Part shown: in pieces, positions 50,513-59,379 of the stretch
How the letters are laid out: every line of letters starts with the position of its first letter
Position numbering within the stretch: the stretch's first letter is position 1
Position numbers and translations under genes: made by a program
Sequence record: MK773491.1
Direction: 5' to 3' (one strand)
Length of the DNA stretch: 64,000 bases
Notes under the pieces: generated by a model
Told to the model about the DNA's origin: nothing
Database searches by the model: none
What the model saw: only the letters and a program-made list of their open reading frames with translations

Positions 50513-50886
50513 TGAGACTTGAACGTCATGGTGGTTTTTTTATTGGGTTTCTTTTAGCAATTTGGGTAGTTGGTAACTTGGCACATTATGCAATTGATGT
50601 ATTAGCACCAAATGAGGAATTAGTTAAAAAAGCTGAACGTGAAAACAAACAGTTTGAAACATTACGTAATGATAGTGGTTTGTACGCTGAAGTACTAGAG
50701 CTAATCAAAACATGTAATGTTAATGTTGAAGAAAAGACTGGTAATAAATTTTATATTTGTCCTAATGGTGAAAAAATTACCCAAATTAATTGGGAACGCG
50801 ATCAAAAGACACGTGTCGGTGTAGTAACACGCTATTATGATAATAAAGGTAATTTACGTTTAATATACGGGCATCCAGACGATTAA
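50512..50886 (+). CDS. hypothetical membrane-anchored protein
   Basis: N-terminal TM. Confidence 0.65.
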   Translation: MRLERHGGFFIGFLLAIWVVGNLAHYAIDVLAPNEELVKKAERENKQFETLRNDSGLYAEVLELIKTCNVNVEEKTGNKFYICPNGEKITQINWERDQKTRVGVVTRYYDNKGNLRLIYGHPDD

Positions 50887-50895
50887 GGATAACAT

Positions 50896-51189
50896 ATGTT
50901 TAAAGAAATTAAACACAACACAAAAGAACACATTAGTGAAAATTTACTATATCATCCAGCAGAAGTTATGGTCAAAACTACATCTGGTTATAAAGTACTA
51001 CCACTATATGTACGGGAAAGCAATGGACATGTTTACGCAAAGAATGGTCAATTTTACATTGCACTTATGAAGCAAAGCATCACAAGCAACTCAAAAATTA
51101 CATGGGTTGAGCTAGATGGGCTTGACGAAGTGTATGAAAAATGTTATCTTGTATATAAATCTGACAAAGGCGAAGCAGTTAAGGAGTGA
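50896..51189 (+). CDS. hypothetical protein
   Basis: AAGGA RBS. Confidence 0.65.
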   Translation: MFKEIKHNTKEHISENLLYHPAEVMVKTTSGYKVLPLYVRESNGHVYAKNGQFYIALMKQSITSNSKITWVELDGLDEVYEKCYLVYKSDKGEAVKE

Positions 51190-51191
51190 GT

Positions 51192-51380
51192 ATGAAAAAG
51201 ATTCAAAGTACTGAAAAGTACACGCTAAATTGCAATGAGCTTGATGAATTACTTCGTGAAAAACACTTTACAGACCTAGCACCAAATGCTAAAATAACCA
51301 TCGAACCGGAATATGATTCGTATTATGATGCTAATGTTTTCCGTGGCCTTAAAATCACAGTAGTAACCGAAGGAGAGTAA
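51192..51380 (+). CDS. hypothetical protein
   Basis: AAGGAG RBS. Confidence 0.6.
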   Translation: MKKIQSTEKYTLNCNELDELLREKHFTDLAPNAKITIEPEYDSYYDANVFRGLKITVVTEGE

Positions 51381-51382
51381 TA

Positions 51383-51634
51383 GTGGCTAACGTTGTTCGT
51401 GCTCGTAAAATGATAAGTGGTGATGATCTTCGTATTCTTAACAATTATCGTGCCATCTTCCAGAAACTTTGTGCTGGTGTTCATATGACAATTGTTACTG
51501 ATACGGCACAAGAACCTGAAGCAGTGTTTGGTAACTATGCTAAAGTGTTCAATATGTATATCAAGCGTGGACAACTTGACCTTATTACAATTGCTGAAGC
51601 ACCAGATGATTTAGAAAACTTTTTCTTCCTGTGA
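51383..51634 (+). CDS. hypothetical protein
   Basis: GTG start, AAGGAG RBS. Confidence 0.6.
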   Translation: MANVVRARKMISGDDLRILNNYRAIFQKLCAGVHMTIVTDTAQEPEAVFGNYAKVFNMYIKRGQLDLITIAEAPDDLENFFFL

Positions 51635-51641
51635 GGATATT

Positions 51642-51707
51642 ATGAAAGAACCGTTAGACCGTGATGACGATTTCCTTGATGAACGTTATGGAGAAGATGA
51701 TGAGTAA
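51642..51707 (+). CDS. 21-aa acidic micropeptide (not in ORF track)
   Basis: GAGGA RBS at 51633-51637; MKEPLDRDDDFLDERYGEDDE*; stop overlaps next gene. Confidence 0.45.
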   Translation: MKEPLDRDDDFLDERYGEDDE

Positions 51708-52188
51708 ATTACTAACCTTACCGGAAGTTCTGAAAGAATTTAATAATTACTTAGATTCTAACCCATCATTTGAAAAACATTCAAATGGTAATATTTCTGC
51801 TTTTTTGAAAAATAGTTCCATTTTTAAAGGATATGATGATATAGTTGAAGTGTTTGGGTGTGACAGATATATGCGTATTAAATTACGTAATCCAGAAATT
51901 CTAGTAGAATATCAATTAGATATGATGCCTTGGAGTAATGGATTTAATTTTAAATGTTGGCACGATGGTTCTGATAGTGAATGTCCGTGGACACCAAAAA
52001 CCAATCCAAATCGTTCGTCCTTCTATATTGAAACGGAAGAAGAATACTTTCAATTGAGTACCTTAAAAAATCTCAAAGATTTAACATTGGAAACCATTAC
52101 TTCAGTTAAAAAGTTACAAGATCGGTTATTTGAATATTACAACATTGTACCTGATACCACAAATTATGGAGACAGTAATGGAAAATAA
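51700..52188 (+). CDS. hypothetical protein, FQxS-motif family
   Basis: TEEEYFQLSTLKNL. Confidence 0.65.
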   Translation: MSKLLTLPEVLKEFNNYLDSNPSFEKHSNGNISAFLKNSSIFKGYDDIVEVFGCDRYMRIKLRNPEILVEYQLDMMPWSNGFNFKCWHDGSDSECPWTPKTNPNRSSFYIETEEEYFQLSTLKNLKDLTLETITSVKKLQDRLFEYYNIVPDTTNYGDSNGK

Positions 52189-52561
52189 ACCGGAGTGGTT
52201 AAAAAAGGCACTGGAATATATTGATAGTTTAAGTCCAGAAGAACTTTATGAAAGTGTATATGGCTTTAAAAAAGATGACTTTGAACAGTACTGTACGGAT
52301 AAAACCTATGAGTTTGAAGCACAGTATGTGATAGATGCCATGAATAAACTTGGTGTTAAAGAAATTAATATTTATAATGGTGATATTCAGCCACCAAGTA
52401 ACATGTTTTTCCATTACCTACGTGAGTTTGCTGAAAGTGGGACTGATTTGGAGTTCTGGAATGGTTGGGGTGCTGATACGCTAGATGTTCCCGGCTTCAA
52501 CCTACGTTACCTTTGGGTCAATGGACAAGGTACAGAGCATTTCTTTCAGATAATTGAATAG
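52178..52561 (+). CDS. hypothetical protein
   Basis: GGAG RBS. Confidence 0.6.
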   Translation: MENKPEWLKKALEYIDSLSPEELYESVYGFKKDDFEQYCTDKTYEFEAQYVIDAMNKLGVKEINIYNGDIQPPSNMFFHYLREFAESGTDLEFWNGWGADTLDVPGFNLRYLWVNGQGTEHFFQIIE

Positions 52562-52569
52562 GGGTTGAT

Positions 52570-52929
52570 ATGGAACTACACGATGAACATGTTATCGCTT
52601 ATAGTATTGAAAAATTAAAACAAATGTTTGGTGGTAAAACCCCATATGAACACAAACAGGATTCACTCTTTCGTCAATCTAAAGCGGAGAAAGAATTTTG
52701 GGATACCGAACCGACTGTAGGTGAACGTGTTCATTTCCGTAGTAAGAGTGTAGTGAATGATAGTGTATTTGAAGGGTATGGGGAAGTACTAAGTATTATT
52801 GTAAAAAACTATTTCACTCATTATGCACTTTATAGAATTAAAGCAGATCATGGTATGAATTATGAAGCGTACTTAAATGATCCAAATGACGTAGAACCAA
52901 AGGAGTTTATTAAACATGCCGAAAAATAA
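52570..52929 (+). CDS. hypothetical protein (possible SH3/KOW-like C-domain)
   Basis: 119-aa ORF. Confidence 0.6.
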   Translation: MELHDEHVIAYSIEKLKQMFGGKTPYEHKQDSLFRQSKAEKEFWDTEPTVGERVHFRSKSVVNDSVFEGYGEVLSIIVKNYFTHYALYRIKADHGMNYEAYLNDPNDVEPKEFIKHAEK

Positions 52930-53125
52930 TGTATATTTTGTAGGGTACAACACTCTTAATAAAGAAGTGTTTAAAGAAACCATGAATACATATCGTGCAG
53001 ATACCGAAGATGCCATGCAAAAAGAATTTGGTTCAGATTGGAAAGAAGTACGTCCGTATTTAATTATTACAAAATGCAAGGTGGTAGTTGATGAGCAAAG
53101 TGAAGATAAAGGGAACAGTAACTGA
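52916..53125 (+). CDS. hypothetical protein
   Basis: AAGGAG RBS. Confidence 0.6.
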   Translation: MPKNNVYFVGYNTLNKEVFKETMNTYRADTEDAMQKEFGSDWKEVRPYLIITKCKVVVDEQSEDKGNSN

Positions 53126-53423
53126 AGTTAAACCAGTAGAAATTGATATTTATATTGGAGAATTAGTTAAATCTGCTATTCCTCATATGACAATTGAAGA
53201 TGTAGAAAAAGTATTACGCATCTTAGTTGAACAAAAATTTCGTGAAAATGATCCTACGATCCCAAAAGATGCAGAAATGAATCTTTATTTTAAATTGTGG
53301 GAAAAATATAGCTTCACCGATTATCATAAGAATGAAGATGTATATTCCACTGTTCGTAAATTTAACGAAGAAGAATTGCAGTACTTGATTGCTATTGAAG
53401 CTGTAATGTCTGTATTCAAATAA
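53091..53423 (+). CDS. hypothetical protein
   Basis: 110-aa ORF. Confidence 0.6.
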   Translation: MSKVKIKGTVTEVKPVEIDIYIGELVKSAIPHMTIEDVEKVLRILVEQKFRENDPTIPKDAEMNLYFKLWEKYSFTDYHKNEDVYSTVRKFNEEELQYLIAIEAVMSVFK

Positions 53424-53443
53424 TGCCGCTATGCGGCATTTTT
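53422..53443 (+). terminator. intrinsic terminator
   Basis: AATGCCGC-tat-GCGGCATT plus TTT. Confidence 0.75.
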
Positions 53444-53446
53444 CTT

Positions 53447-53475
53447 GGGACAAAATCAGGTTCATGTGATATAAT
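53447..53475 (+). promoter_or_regulatory. phage promoter, class GGGACAAA-N10-TGTGATATAAT
   Basis: Directly upstream of the tRNA-like gene. Confidence 0.75.
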
Positions 53476-53483
53476 ATAATTAT

Positions 53484-53565
53484 CGGGGCGTATCTCAACG
53501 AGCTTCTAACTCGTCTTTAATCGAGTAACTGGAGTATGCGGGTTCGAGTCCTGCCGCCTCGACCA
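53484..53565 (+). tRNA. atypical tRNA-like RNA: TCT (Arg) anticodon arm, no D arm, G3-U70 acceptor, CCA
   Basis: CGGGGCG/CGCCTCG-A-CCA; only TATCTCA before ACGAG-CTTCTAA-CTCGT; 23-nt extra region; GCGGG-TTCGAGT-CCTGC T arm. Confidence 0.7.
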
Positions 53566-53580
53566 CTTTTAAGGAAATAT

Positions 53581-54099
53581 ATGTTAGATTTGAGTAAAGC
53601 AGTTATAGATAAAGGTGTTGGGTACTATTATGTGTATGCACCTGAACATGAAATGGCGAATGCTGCTGGAAAAGTTTATGTTCATAGATATATTGCAGAA
53701 CAATATTATGGAATTAAATTGAATCCATCATTACAAGTTCACCATATAGATGAAAACAAACTTAATAATGATCCATTAAATTTACAAATAATGACTAGTA
53801 GTGAACATGCAGCACTACATAACAACGGAACTAATACCGAATATGAATGTTTCACTTGTAAAAAGAAATTCATTCATTGGTCGTCTGATGAACGAAAATA
53901 TTGCTCTCAAGCATGTTCGAAGAACGATCCGACAAAAAGAAAATTCGATATTTGTAAGGAAGAATTACAAGAATTAGTATACATGTATCCAGTAACAACA
54001 ATTGCTAAAATGTTTGGAGTCTCAGACGTCGCAATTCACAAAAGGTGTAAAAAACTTGAAGTATTAAAACCACCAAGAGGATATCATTTAAAGAAATGA
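53581..54099 (+). mobile_element. free-standing HNH homing endonuclease
   Basis: YVHRYIAE..VHHIDENKLNNDPLNLQIM...H; CxxC Zn finger and C-terminal HTH; AAGGA RBS. Confidence 0.85.
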
Positions 54100-54584
54100 G
54101 TAATATGTTACCTAAAACACAGATGAAACAATTTCGAGCATTGAAAGATCATCTAGTGACAAAGTTGTTTAATAATTATCTTCAAGAATTAGAAGATGCA
54201 AGTACGTATGAATATACTGATGTACGACCACGTAAAGCCAATCAATTCTATGCAAAATATAGCGGGGACACCAGTACTTATTATATGGAAATGGAATATA
54301 AGAAAGTACTCATGTGTGTTTTTTATGATTTTACTGAACCTGAACATATTGAATTTCAATTTTCTACAAAATGGTCACATGATGAATTGGAGGAAGCAGA
54401 TCCAGAGTTTTATCTACCACTTGATATTGATGATGAAGGTGAATTTTTTCAACAGTCATTGATTGATAATTTTTATTTCTTAACTCATGAGACCTATAAA
54501 GATGTATTATCTTTTATAATGGAAATCCACCACGAGGTAACTGATCTTGTCGAAGAACATAATAAACTTTATTCGATGTGCTAA
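54096..54584 (+). CDS. hypothetical protein, FQxS-motif family
   Basis: DDEGEFFQQSLIDNF. Confidence 0.65.
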   Translation: MSNMLPKTQMKQFRALKDHLVTKLFNNYLQELEDASTYEYTDVRPRKANQFYAKYSGDTSTYYMEMEYKKVLMCVFYDFTEPEHIEFQFSTKWSHDELEEADPEFYLPLDIDDEGEFFQQSLIDNFYFLTHETYKDVLSFIMEIHHEVTDLVEEHNKLYSMC

Positions 54585-54957
54585 GGTTTTATTAGATAAA
54601 GAAACTAAAGACGAGCTATATCGCATGATTAATGACGAATTTATTCCTCTTGTTGATTTGGATGATAATTCGTATGTGTACTGTGATAATTCAGTTATTA
54701 CGTATACCTATACCTTTAATGATGGTAGTGGTGGTCGTTGTTACTTAACAATTACAAGTGATAGAAAAATTCGTGTTGGTATTAATTTGGATGGATCTGT
54801 AAATTTTCCTCTTATAACAGCTAACTTCCATTTAGACGAACAAAAATCCGAAGAAGATTTATTCATGCTCAGTACTGTCCAAGATAATCTTGGGGTAGAG
54901 ATAAGTGATTTGTCTCTATTCCATTCAATATGGGAATCATATTATGAGACTAAGTGA
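54547..54957 (+). CDS. hypothetical protein, FQxS-motif family (variant)
   Basis: SEEDLFMLSTVQDN; TTG start uncertain. Confidence 0.6.
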   Translation: MSKNIINFIRCAKVLLDKETKDELYRMINDEFIPLVDLDDNSYVYCDNSVITYTYTFNDGSGGRCYLTITSDRKIRVGINLDGSVNFPLITANFHLDEQKSEEDLFMLSTVQDNLGVEISDLSLFHSIWESYYETK

Positions 54958-55447
54958 TAAGGTAGCTATTCTTTATGGTGATTTGAATAATCCTGAAACT
55001 ACCAGTAGATATCATCCTATGGAATATGCAGGTAATTATAATAAAATAAACAATTTCTCTTACGTAGATTGCGATGATAATTTACTATACATCCATATTT
55101 CACCGTGTGCATCAATTACACCAACACACATTGTTGTATTTGATAAAGAAACCGGTGAAGATTTATATGTATATGAATATCTGAGTATGACAGAAGAAGA
55201 GTACTTTCAGTTAAGTACTATTCATGATTTTGAAGATAACACGTTCGAGGATATTGAATTCGTAAAACGTCATATATCTAATTTAGTTAAATTGTCAAAT
55301 AGATTTCATGCGATTATGCGTGAGAAAAGATTAAAATCTGTTGATGTATTACAAGAAATTATGGCTAATCAAATGGCACGTATAACGAATGAAAGTTTAA
55401 CAAACACTCTTGTTGGTTTATTTGACTCCATGCAATCAAAGAAATAG
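54944..55447 (+). CDS. hypothetical protein, FQxS-motif family
   Basis: TEEEYFQLSTIHDF. Confidence 0.65.
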   Translation: MRLSDKVAILYGDLNNPETTSRYHPMEYAGNYNKINNFSYVDCDDNLLYIHISPCASITPTHIVVFDKETGEDLYVYEYLSMTEEEYFQLSTIHDFEDNTFEDIEFVKRHISNLVKLSNRFHAIMREKRLKSVDVLQEIMANQMARITNESLTNTLVGLFDSMQSKK

Positions 55448-55456
55448 AGGAATTCT

Positions 55457-55846
55457 ATGTATCAATTAGAAGTATTATATAGTACTGGTAATACGTTCGG
55501 TACACATGATGAAGAACGTGTAATCGATGATGTTGTATTCACTGATATTGAAAGTGCCAAAGAAGCACTACAGTTCATCAGTCAGCATAAGAAAATGAAT
55601 GATGAACTAAAATATGAACGTGATGACACCAAGCGTAAGTTGATGAAGTTGGATATTGAATCTAAACCGTGGGCGGTTAAATCACGTTTTAGTAGTGATT
55701 ATGAGTTTGCCTTAAAAGTTCGAACCTCCAAGGATTCAACTGAATGGACTGAAATCTATGCATTCTGGATGGGATATTTCGAAACTTTATATGAAGTTCG
55801 TATTATTGATGCTGGACGCGACGAATTATCCATCAGTTTCCGTTGA
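55457..55846 (+). CDS. hypothetical protein
   Basis: YSTGNTFG and FWMGYFETL motifs, GAGGA RBS. Confidence 0.7.
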   Translation: MYQLEVLYSTGNTFGTHDEERVIDDVVFTDIESAKEALQFISQHKKMNDELKYERDDTKRKLMKLDIESKPWAVKSRFSSDYEFALKVRTSKDSTEWTEIYAFWMGYFETLYEVRIIDAGRDELSISFR

Positions 55847-55871
55847 CACCTACAAAAATCTTTAGTATAAT
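55843..55871 (+). promoter_or_regulatory. consensus sigma70 promoter
   Basis: TTGACA-17-TATAAT. Confidence 0.85.
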
Positions 55872-55909
55872 GGCCCCCTTGATTGGGGGCTTTTTCATTT
55901 GGAGATGAA

Positions 55910-56359
55910 ATGAACACAGTATTAACTTACTTACGAACAATGAATCATCCTACTACGTTAGATGCCATACGTAAGTATCGTGGAGATCCCAAGTGGAGAA
56001 CTCATACTTACTGGACACGTGCCAGTACTGAATTACTGTTCCGCATGTTTACCCATGCAAACATTGAAGGTATGGATGTGCAGTTATCCTTCCATCAAGG
56101 ACAGGAAAAATATATATTTCATTTGTTTGAAGATGAGTTTATAATGAAACGCTATAGAGTGGATGGAAAATATGCAGAGATTGTTACACCTAAAACTTTA
56201 GGTGAAGTAAATCAAGTTGCAATAATCACCCATACATATACTGATTTTGATGAACTTATTTTTCAGGAGTCACTACTAAATGACTTGGGGATGTTCGGCA
56301 CACAAGAAGCTGAACAACTTTTAAAACTTCGTAATAATATTTTTTGGAGAAAATCTTGA
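55910..56359 (+). CDS. hypothetical protein, FQxS-motif family
   Basis: FDELIFQESLLNDLG; GGAG RBS. Confidence 0.65.
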   Translation: MNTVLTYLRTMNHPTTLDAIRKYRGDPKWRTHTYWTRASTELLFRMFTHANIEGMDVQLSFHQGQEKYIFHLFEDEFIMKRYRVDGKYAEIVTPKTLGEVNQVAIITHTYTDFDELIFQESLLNDLGMFGTQEAEQLLKLRNNIFWRKS

Positions 56360-56468
56360 TTCCTAAACCTAACAGTGGTATCATTATGTCAGATGAACAA
56401 AAAGCACGTTTACTAGCAATGCTGGACAAAAAGAGTAACGTGGTATTCGTTGACTTTAAGAGGAAATA

Positions 56469-56669
56469 ATGATGAAATCTGAATCAGTCTTTAATCATCC
56501 GGGCGGTTTCGGTCGTAGTACTGAAGAAACACGTTTAGTAGGATTTCGTGTAGCTATCTCGGAAATTGAGAAGCATAAAGAGTCATGGCAGATCACTAAT
56601 CCAAATTTGGTAGTTGATCTTGCTATTGAATATCTACGTAACAACGGTTATGAGGTAACGAAACTATGA
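56469..56669 (+). CDS. hypothetical protein
   Basis: GAGGA RBS. Confidence 0.6.
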   Translation: MMKSESVFNHPGGFGRSTEETRLVGFRVAISEIEKHKESWQITNPNLVVDLAIEYLRNNGYEVTKL

Positions 56670-57067
56670 GTATGAAGAAAGATGAAATGATTACAAGTCT
56701 CTTTGAAATCGAATTTAAGAAAGATGGTGCTAACCGTAAGTACCAAATTCCTGCTAAGTCTGAAATGGATGCATTGGTGCGTTTAGGTCAGATTTATGGC
56801 GATGGTCGTGATTATCGTGAAGATGTTAAAATTGAAGTACTGAAGATTAAAAACACACAACGTTCTGTACACTTTACTGAAGTGGTGTTGAGTCCGATGG
56901 CTGGTTCTCATATTTTATCGGCATTCCATGATGCACAGTTTGTTGCACGTTCAATTGGTGCTGATGTTATGTTGAAATTCAACGGTTCTTTTATGAAAGT
57001 TTCGGTTGACAGTGAATACGAAGATGTATATAATTCATATATGAATTCGGATGAAGAAACGGAATGA
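56666..57067 (+). CDS. hypothetical protein
   Basis: ATGA overlaps on both sides. Confidence 0.65.
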   Translation: MSMKKDEMITSLFEIEFKKDGANRKYQIPAKSEMDALVRLGQIYGDGRDYREDVKIEVLKIKNTQRSVHFTEVVLSPMAGSHILSAFHDAQFVARSIGADVMLKFNGSFMKVSVDSEYEDVYNSYMNSDEETE

Positions 57068-57402
57068 TGACACCAAAAACACTAATTAACTTAAAAGGTT
57101 CTTCACTCAACACTGCTACTAATATTAGTAGTACTCCAAGTGTATTCGAAGACAAAACTCATCACAGATCTAAGTTGACGAGGGAAGATGTTATTATGAT
57201 CAAACTATATTATCACGTTGATCATATGCACAAAGATGTAATTGCGGAAAAGTTCAATGTTGGATGGTTAACAATTCATAAAATTGTTTCCGGGAAATCA
57301 CATAAAAACATTCCGCTGAATTTTATGACGAAAATACCGGAACGGTTTCATGCCGAAACTAATTACAAGTACTTGGATTATAAAATCAAAGGTCAAAAAT
57401 AG
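57064..57402 (+). CDS. HTH DNA-binding protein resembling the C-terminal domain of phage HNH endonucleases
   Basis: SKLTREDVIMIK..VIAEKFNVGWLTIHKIVSGKSHKNI; no HNH motif. Confidence 0.6.
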   Translation: MMTPKTLINLKGSSLNTATNISSTPSVFEDKTHHRSKLTREDVIMIKLYYHVDHMHKDVIAEKFNVGWLTIHKIVSGKSHKNIPLNFMTKIPERFHAETNYKYLDYKIKGQK

Positions 57403-57404
57403 TG

Positions 57405-57433
57405 TTGACAGGGGATTATTCATCCCCTATAAT
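57405..57433 (+). promoter_or_regulatory. consensus sigma70 promoter with a 7-bp inverted repeat filling the spacer
   Basis: TTGACA-17-TATAAT; AGGGGAT 57410-57416 / ATCCCCT 57422-57428. Confidence 0.8.
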
Positions 57434-57465
57434 AATCCCATCGACAATGACATTAAGGAAACAAA

Positions 57466-57912
57466 ATGAAAACCAAGATTCAGATGCAAGTAGCTAAACA
57501 CATGCTGGCTGTTTGGACTAACGTGAATGATCCTGATTCCTTGAATGATGCATACGCTATTATTAATAGCTGCTGGCCCTATCTTTCCCGGCGTGTACTT
57601 CGTACATGGGTAAAAGCGTTGCACCAGAATCCAGAACGTTATGAATACACTGGATATGCATTCAAATCATTGAAACTGGTTGACCATTTCACAGATGAAG
57701 AAATCATTGGTATTCTGGCTACAGTTCAAAATATGGAACATGGTTCAGCGTTTGATGATATTATTCGTAGTATTATCCATCATAAGTATGTTTATGGTAT
57801 GGATACACAAACCGCGTTAGAGCATGGTATTGCTGTTTATTTGGGAAGTGATGAACCACGCTTCCACCGCCGCTATCGTCCAGCCAAACCGGTACTGAAG
57901 CCATGCAAATAA
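57466..57912 (+). CDS. hypothetical protein
   Basis: AAGGA RBS. Confidence 0.7.
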   Translation: MKTKIQMQVAKHMLAVWTNVNDPDSLNDAYAIINSCWPYLSRRVLRTWVKALHQNPERYEYTGYAFKSLKLVDHFTDEEIIGILATVQNMEHGSAFDDIIRSIIHHKYVYGMDTQTALEHGIAVYLGSDEPRFHRRYRPAKPVLKPCK

Positions 57913-58145
57913 AACGTGAACAAACGAATTTTGATGATGATAAGTTCAAGCTCGTGAAAATATCATTATCTCATGATAATGATGTACTTGACAGGTGTGG
58001 TATGTGTGCTACAATGTACCCACTTTACGAGAAGTGTATTACATTAAAACTAAACTCAGCAGGTCTTGGATTTACACTTAATGTTGATGAAGCCAATGAC
58101 TTATTGACATTATTAACTACTGCCCTTAACGAATTCAAGGAGTAA
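57903..58145 (+). CDS. hypothetical protein
   Basis: 80-aa ORF with CGMC. Confidence 0.6.
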   Translation: MQIKREQTNFDDDKFKLVKISLSHDNDVLDRCGMCATMYPLYEKCITLKLNSAGLGFTLNVDEANDLLTLLTTALNEFKE

Positions 58146-58148
58146 CCT

Positions 58149-58310
58149 ATGTTTAAACGTGTCCTAAAATCTTTTATCACCCCATTCGAAGAAGCACTGA
58201 AAGCATGGGATGTTCGTACTGAACAGTCCATCAAAGCTGGTGGTACTACTCCGGTATATGATCGTTATGACCCTGCTCGCGGTCTTCATTCGGAGCCTAA
58301 TCGTGACTAA
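58149..58310 (+). CDS. 53-aa hypothetical protein (not in ORF track)
   Basis: AAGGAG RBS; MFKRVLKSFITPFEE...PNRD*. Confidence 0.55.
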   Translation: MFKRVLKSFITPFEEALKAWDVRTEQSIKAGGTTPVYDRYDPARGLHSEPNRD

Positions 58311-58500
58311 GGCTGAACTTATTGCACAACTAGAAGGCTATCCCGATGATGCAATAATGGAAGTGGTTCAATGTGGGGAACATTATGACATTACATGTGT
58401 TGTACCATATGATGATCATGGTGTTCCAATTCTTGAATTGGGTATCTATAAACCCAAAACAGTACCGGAATCGACAAAGAGGACAAATAATGTCAATTAA
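58303..58500 (+). CDS. hypothetical protein
   Basis: GTG start with GGAG RBS; MTKAELIAQLEGYPDD. Confidence 0.6.
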   Translation: MTKAELIAQLEGYPDDAIMEVVQCGEHYDITCVVPYDDHGVPILELGIYKPKTVPESTKRTNNVN

Positions 58501-58630
58501 GATTGATCCAGAAACTGATAAAGCAGTAGACCCGCAAAGCATCGGGAAGGATATGCCTAAACGTGCTATTCTTGCAGTAATTGCGGTATGTGTTTTTGTG
58601 GCTGTTTGGAAATTTATGAAATATATGTAA
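58490..58630 (+). CDS. small protein with C-terminal TM
   Basis: GAGGA RBS; MSIKIDPE...ILAVIAVCVFVAVWKF. Confidence 0.55.
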   Translation: MSIKIDPETDKAVDPQSIGKDMPKRAILAVIAVCVFVAVWKFMKYM

Positions 58631-58637
58631 TTATGCT

Positions 58638-58666
58638 TGACAAGCATCCTTATTTCTAGTATTATA
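58638..58666 (+). promoter_or_regulatory. sigma70 promoter
   Basis: TTGACA followed by TATTAT at sigma70 spacing. Confidence 0.65.
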
Positions 58667-58694
58667 CTCACATACACACAAATGAGGTAATCAT

Positions 58695-58907
58695 ATGAAA
58701 GCTCAGATTCTATTTTCCATCAATGATGTTACTGGACAAAACAATAACGTTAATAAAAATATAATCAATCATTTTTACAAAAATTCTGCTGGTATCGAAA
58801 TGCGTACAAAAGTTGTAGTAAAGGACAATGTTATTAAACGTCTTCGTCCACGTGGAAAAGCATATTTCAATATGTGGATTACTCAGGTTGACAAACACGG
58901 TCTTTAA
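58695..58907 (+). CDS. hypothetical protein
   Basis: GAGG RBS. Confidence 0.65.
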   Translation: MKAQILFSINDVTGQNNNVNKNIINHFYKNSAGIEMRTKVVVKDNVIKRLRPRGKAYFNMWITQVDKHGL

Positions 58908-58916
58908 TGGTATTAT
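58888..58916 (+). promoter_or_regulatory. sigma70 promoter
   Basis: TTGACA-17-TATTAT. Confidence 0.65.
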
Positions 58917-58955
58917 ACTCTCATCTTGTGATGAGAGTTTTTAAGAGGAAATATA

Positions 58956-59138
58956 ATGAAACGTTACACTCCATGTTTGGAACTTTGTGATTATACTGGT
59001 GAACCTGATGCTAGTATGAAAGAACATCCTTTTGGGGATTGGGTGCGTTATGAGGGTCATCAACAGACAGTACTGGATCTTCAAAAAGCACAAGAGCGTA
59101 TCAGAGAGTTAGAAGCTAAATTACAGGAGCATAAATAA
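58956..59138 (+). CDS. hypothetical protein
   Basis: GAGGA RBS; GDWVRYE..LQ coiled coil. Confidence 0.65.
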   Translation: MKRYTPCLELCDYTGEPDASMKEHPFGDWVRYEGHQQTVLDLQKAQERIRELEAKLQEHK

Positions 59139-59293
59139 TGGGTCTGGTATATTTCAGAGTACAATATTCGGTTGACGGCGAAATGCGTGATGAACGTATT
59201 GCTGGTATGAATAAATATGATGTAGCTGCAAATCTAGGATCTAAGTACTACAAAGGTAGTGAACTGGTAATTTTCAATATCCAGCTAGCATAA
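59138..59293 (+). CDS. 51-aa hypothetical protein (not in ORF track)
   Basis: AGGAG RBS, coupled to upstream stop; MGLVYFRVQYS... Confidence 0.55.
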   Translation: MGLVYFRVQYSVDGEMRDERIAGMNKYDVAANLGSKYYKGSELVIFNIQLA

Positions 59294-59303
59294 ATAACAA
59301 ATA

Positions 59304-59379
59304 GGGCCAGTAGCTCACGTGCGGTTAGAGCAGACCCCTCATAAGGGTAAGGTACGGTGTTCGACTCACCGCTGGCTCA
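59304..59379 (+). tRNA. tRNA with CAT anticodon, probably tRNA-Ile2 (lysidine); no encoded CCA
   Basis: GGGCCAG/CTGGCTC; ACCC-CTCATAA-GGGT; C4-G69 and C5-G68; arm resembles T4 tRNA-Ile; ends A-CTA. Confidence 0.75.

Noticed and set aside
53536-53580. N-terminal extension MRVRVLPPRPLLRKY of the HNH ORF
   Set aside because: It reads through the T arm and acceptor of the tRNA-like gene; the real start is ATG 53581 with an AAGGA RBS
56386-56469. 27-aa ORF MSDEQKARLLAMLDKKSNVVFVDFKRK with a ClpX-adaptor-like tail
   Set aside because: No RBS, and the ATG lies 1 nt after the -10 box (TATCAT 56379-84), upstream of the expected TSS; translation unsupported
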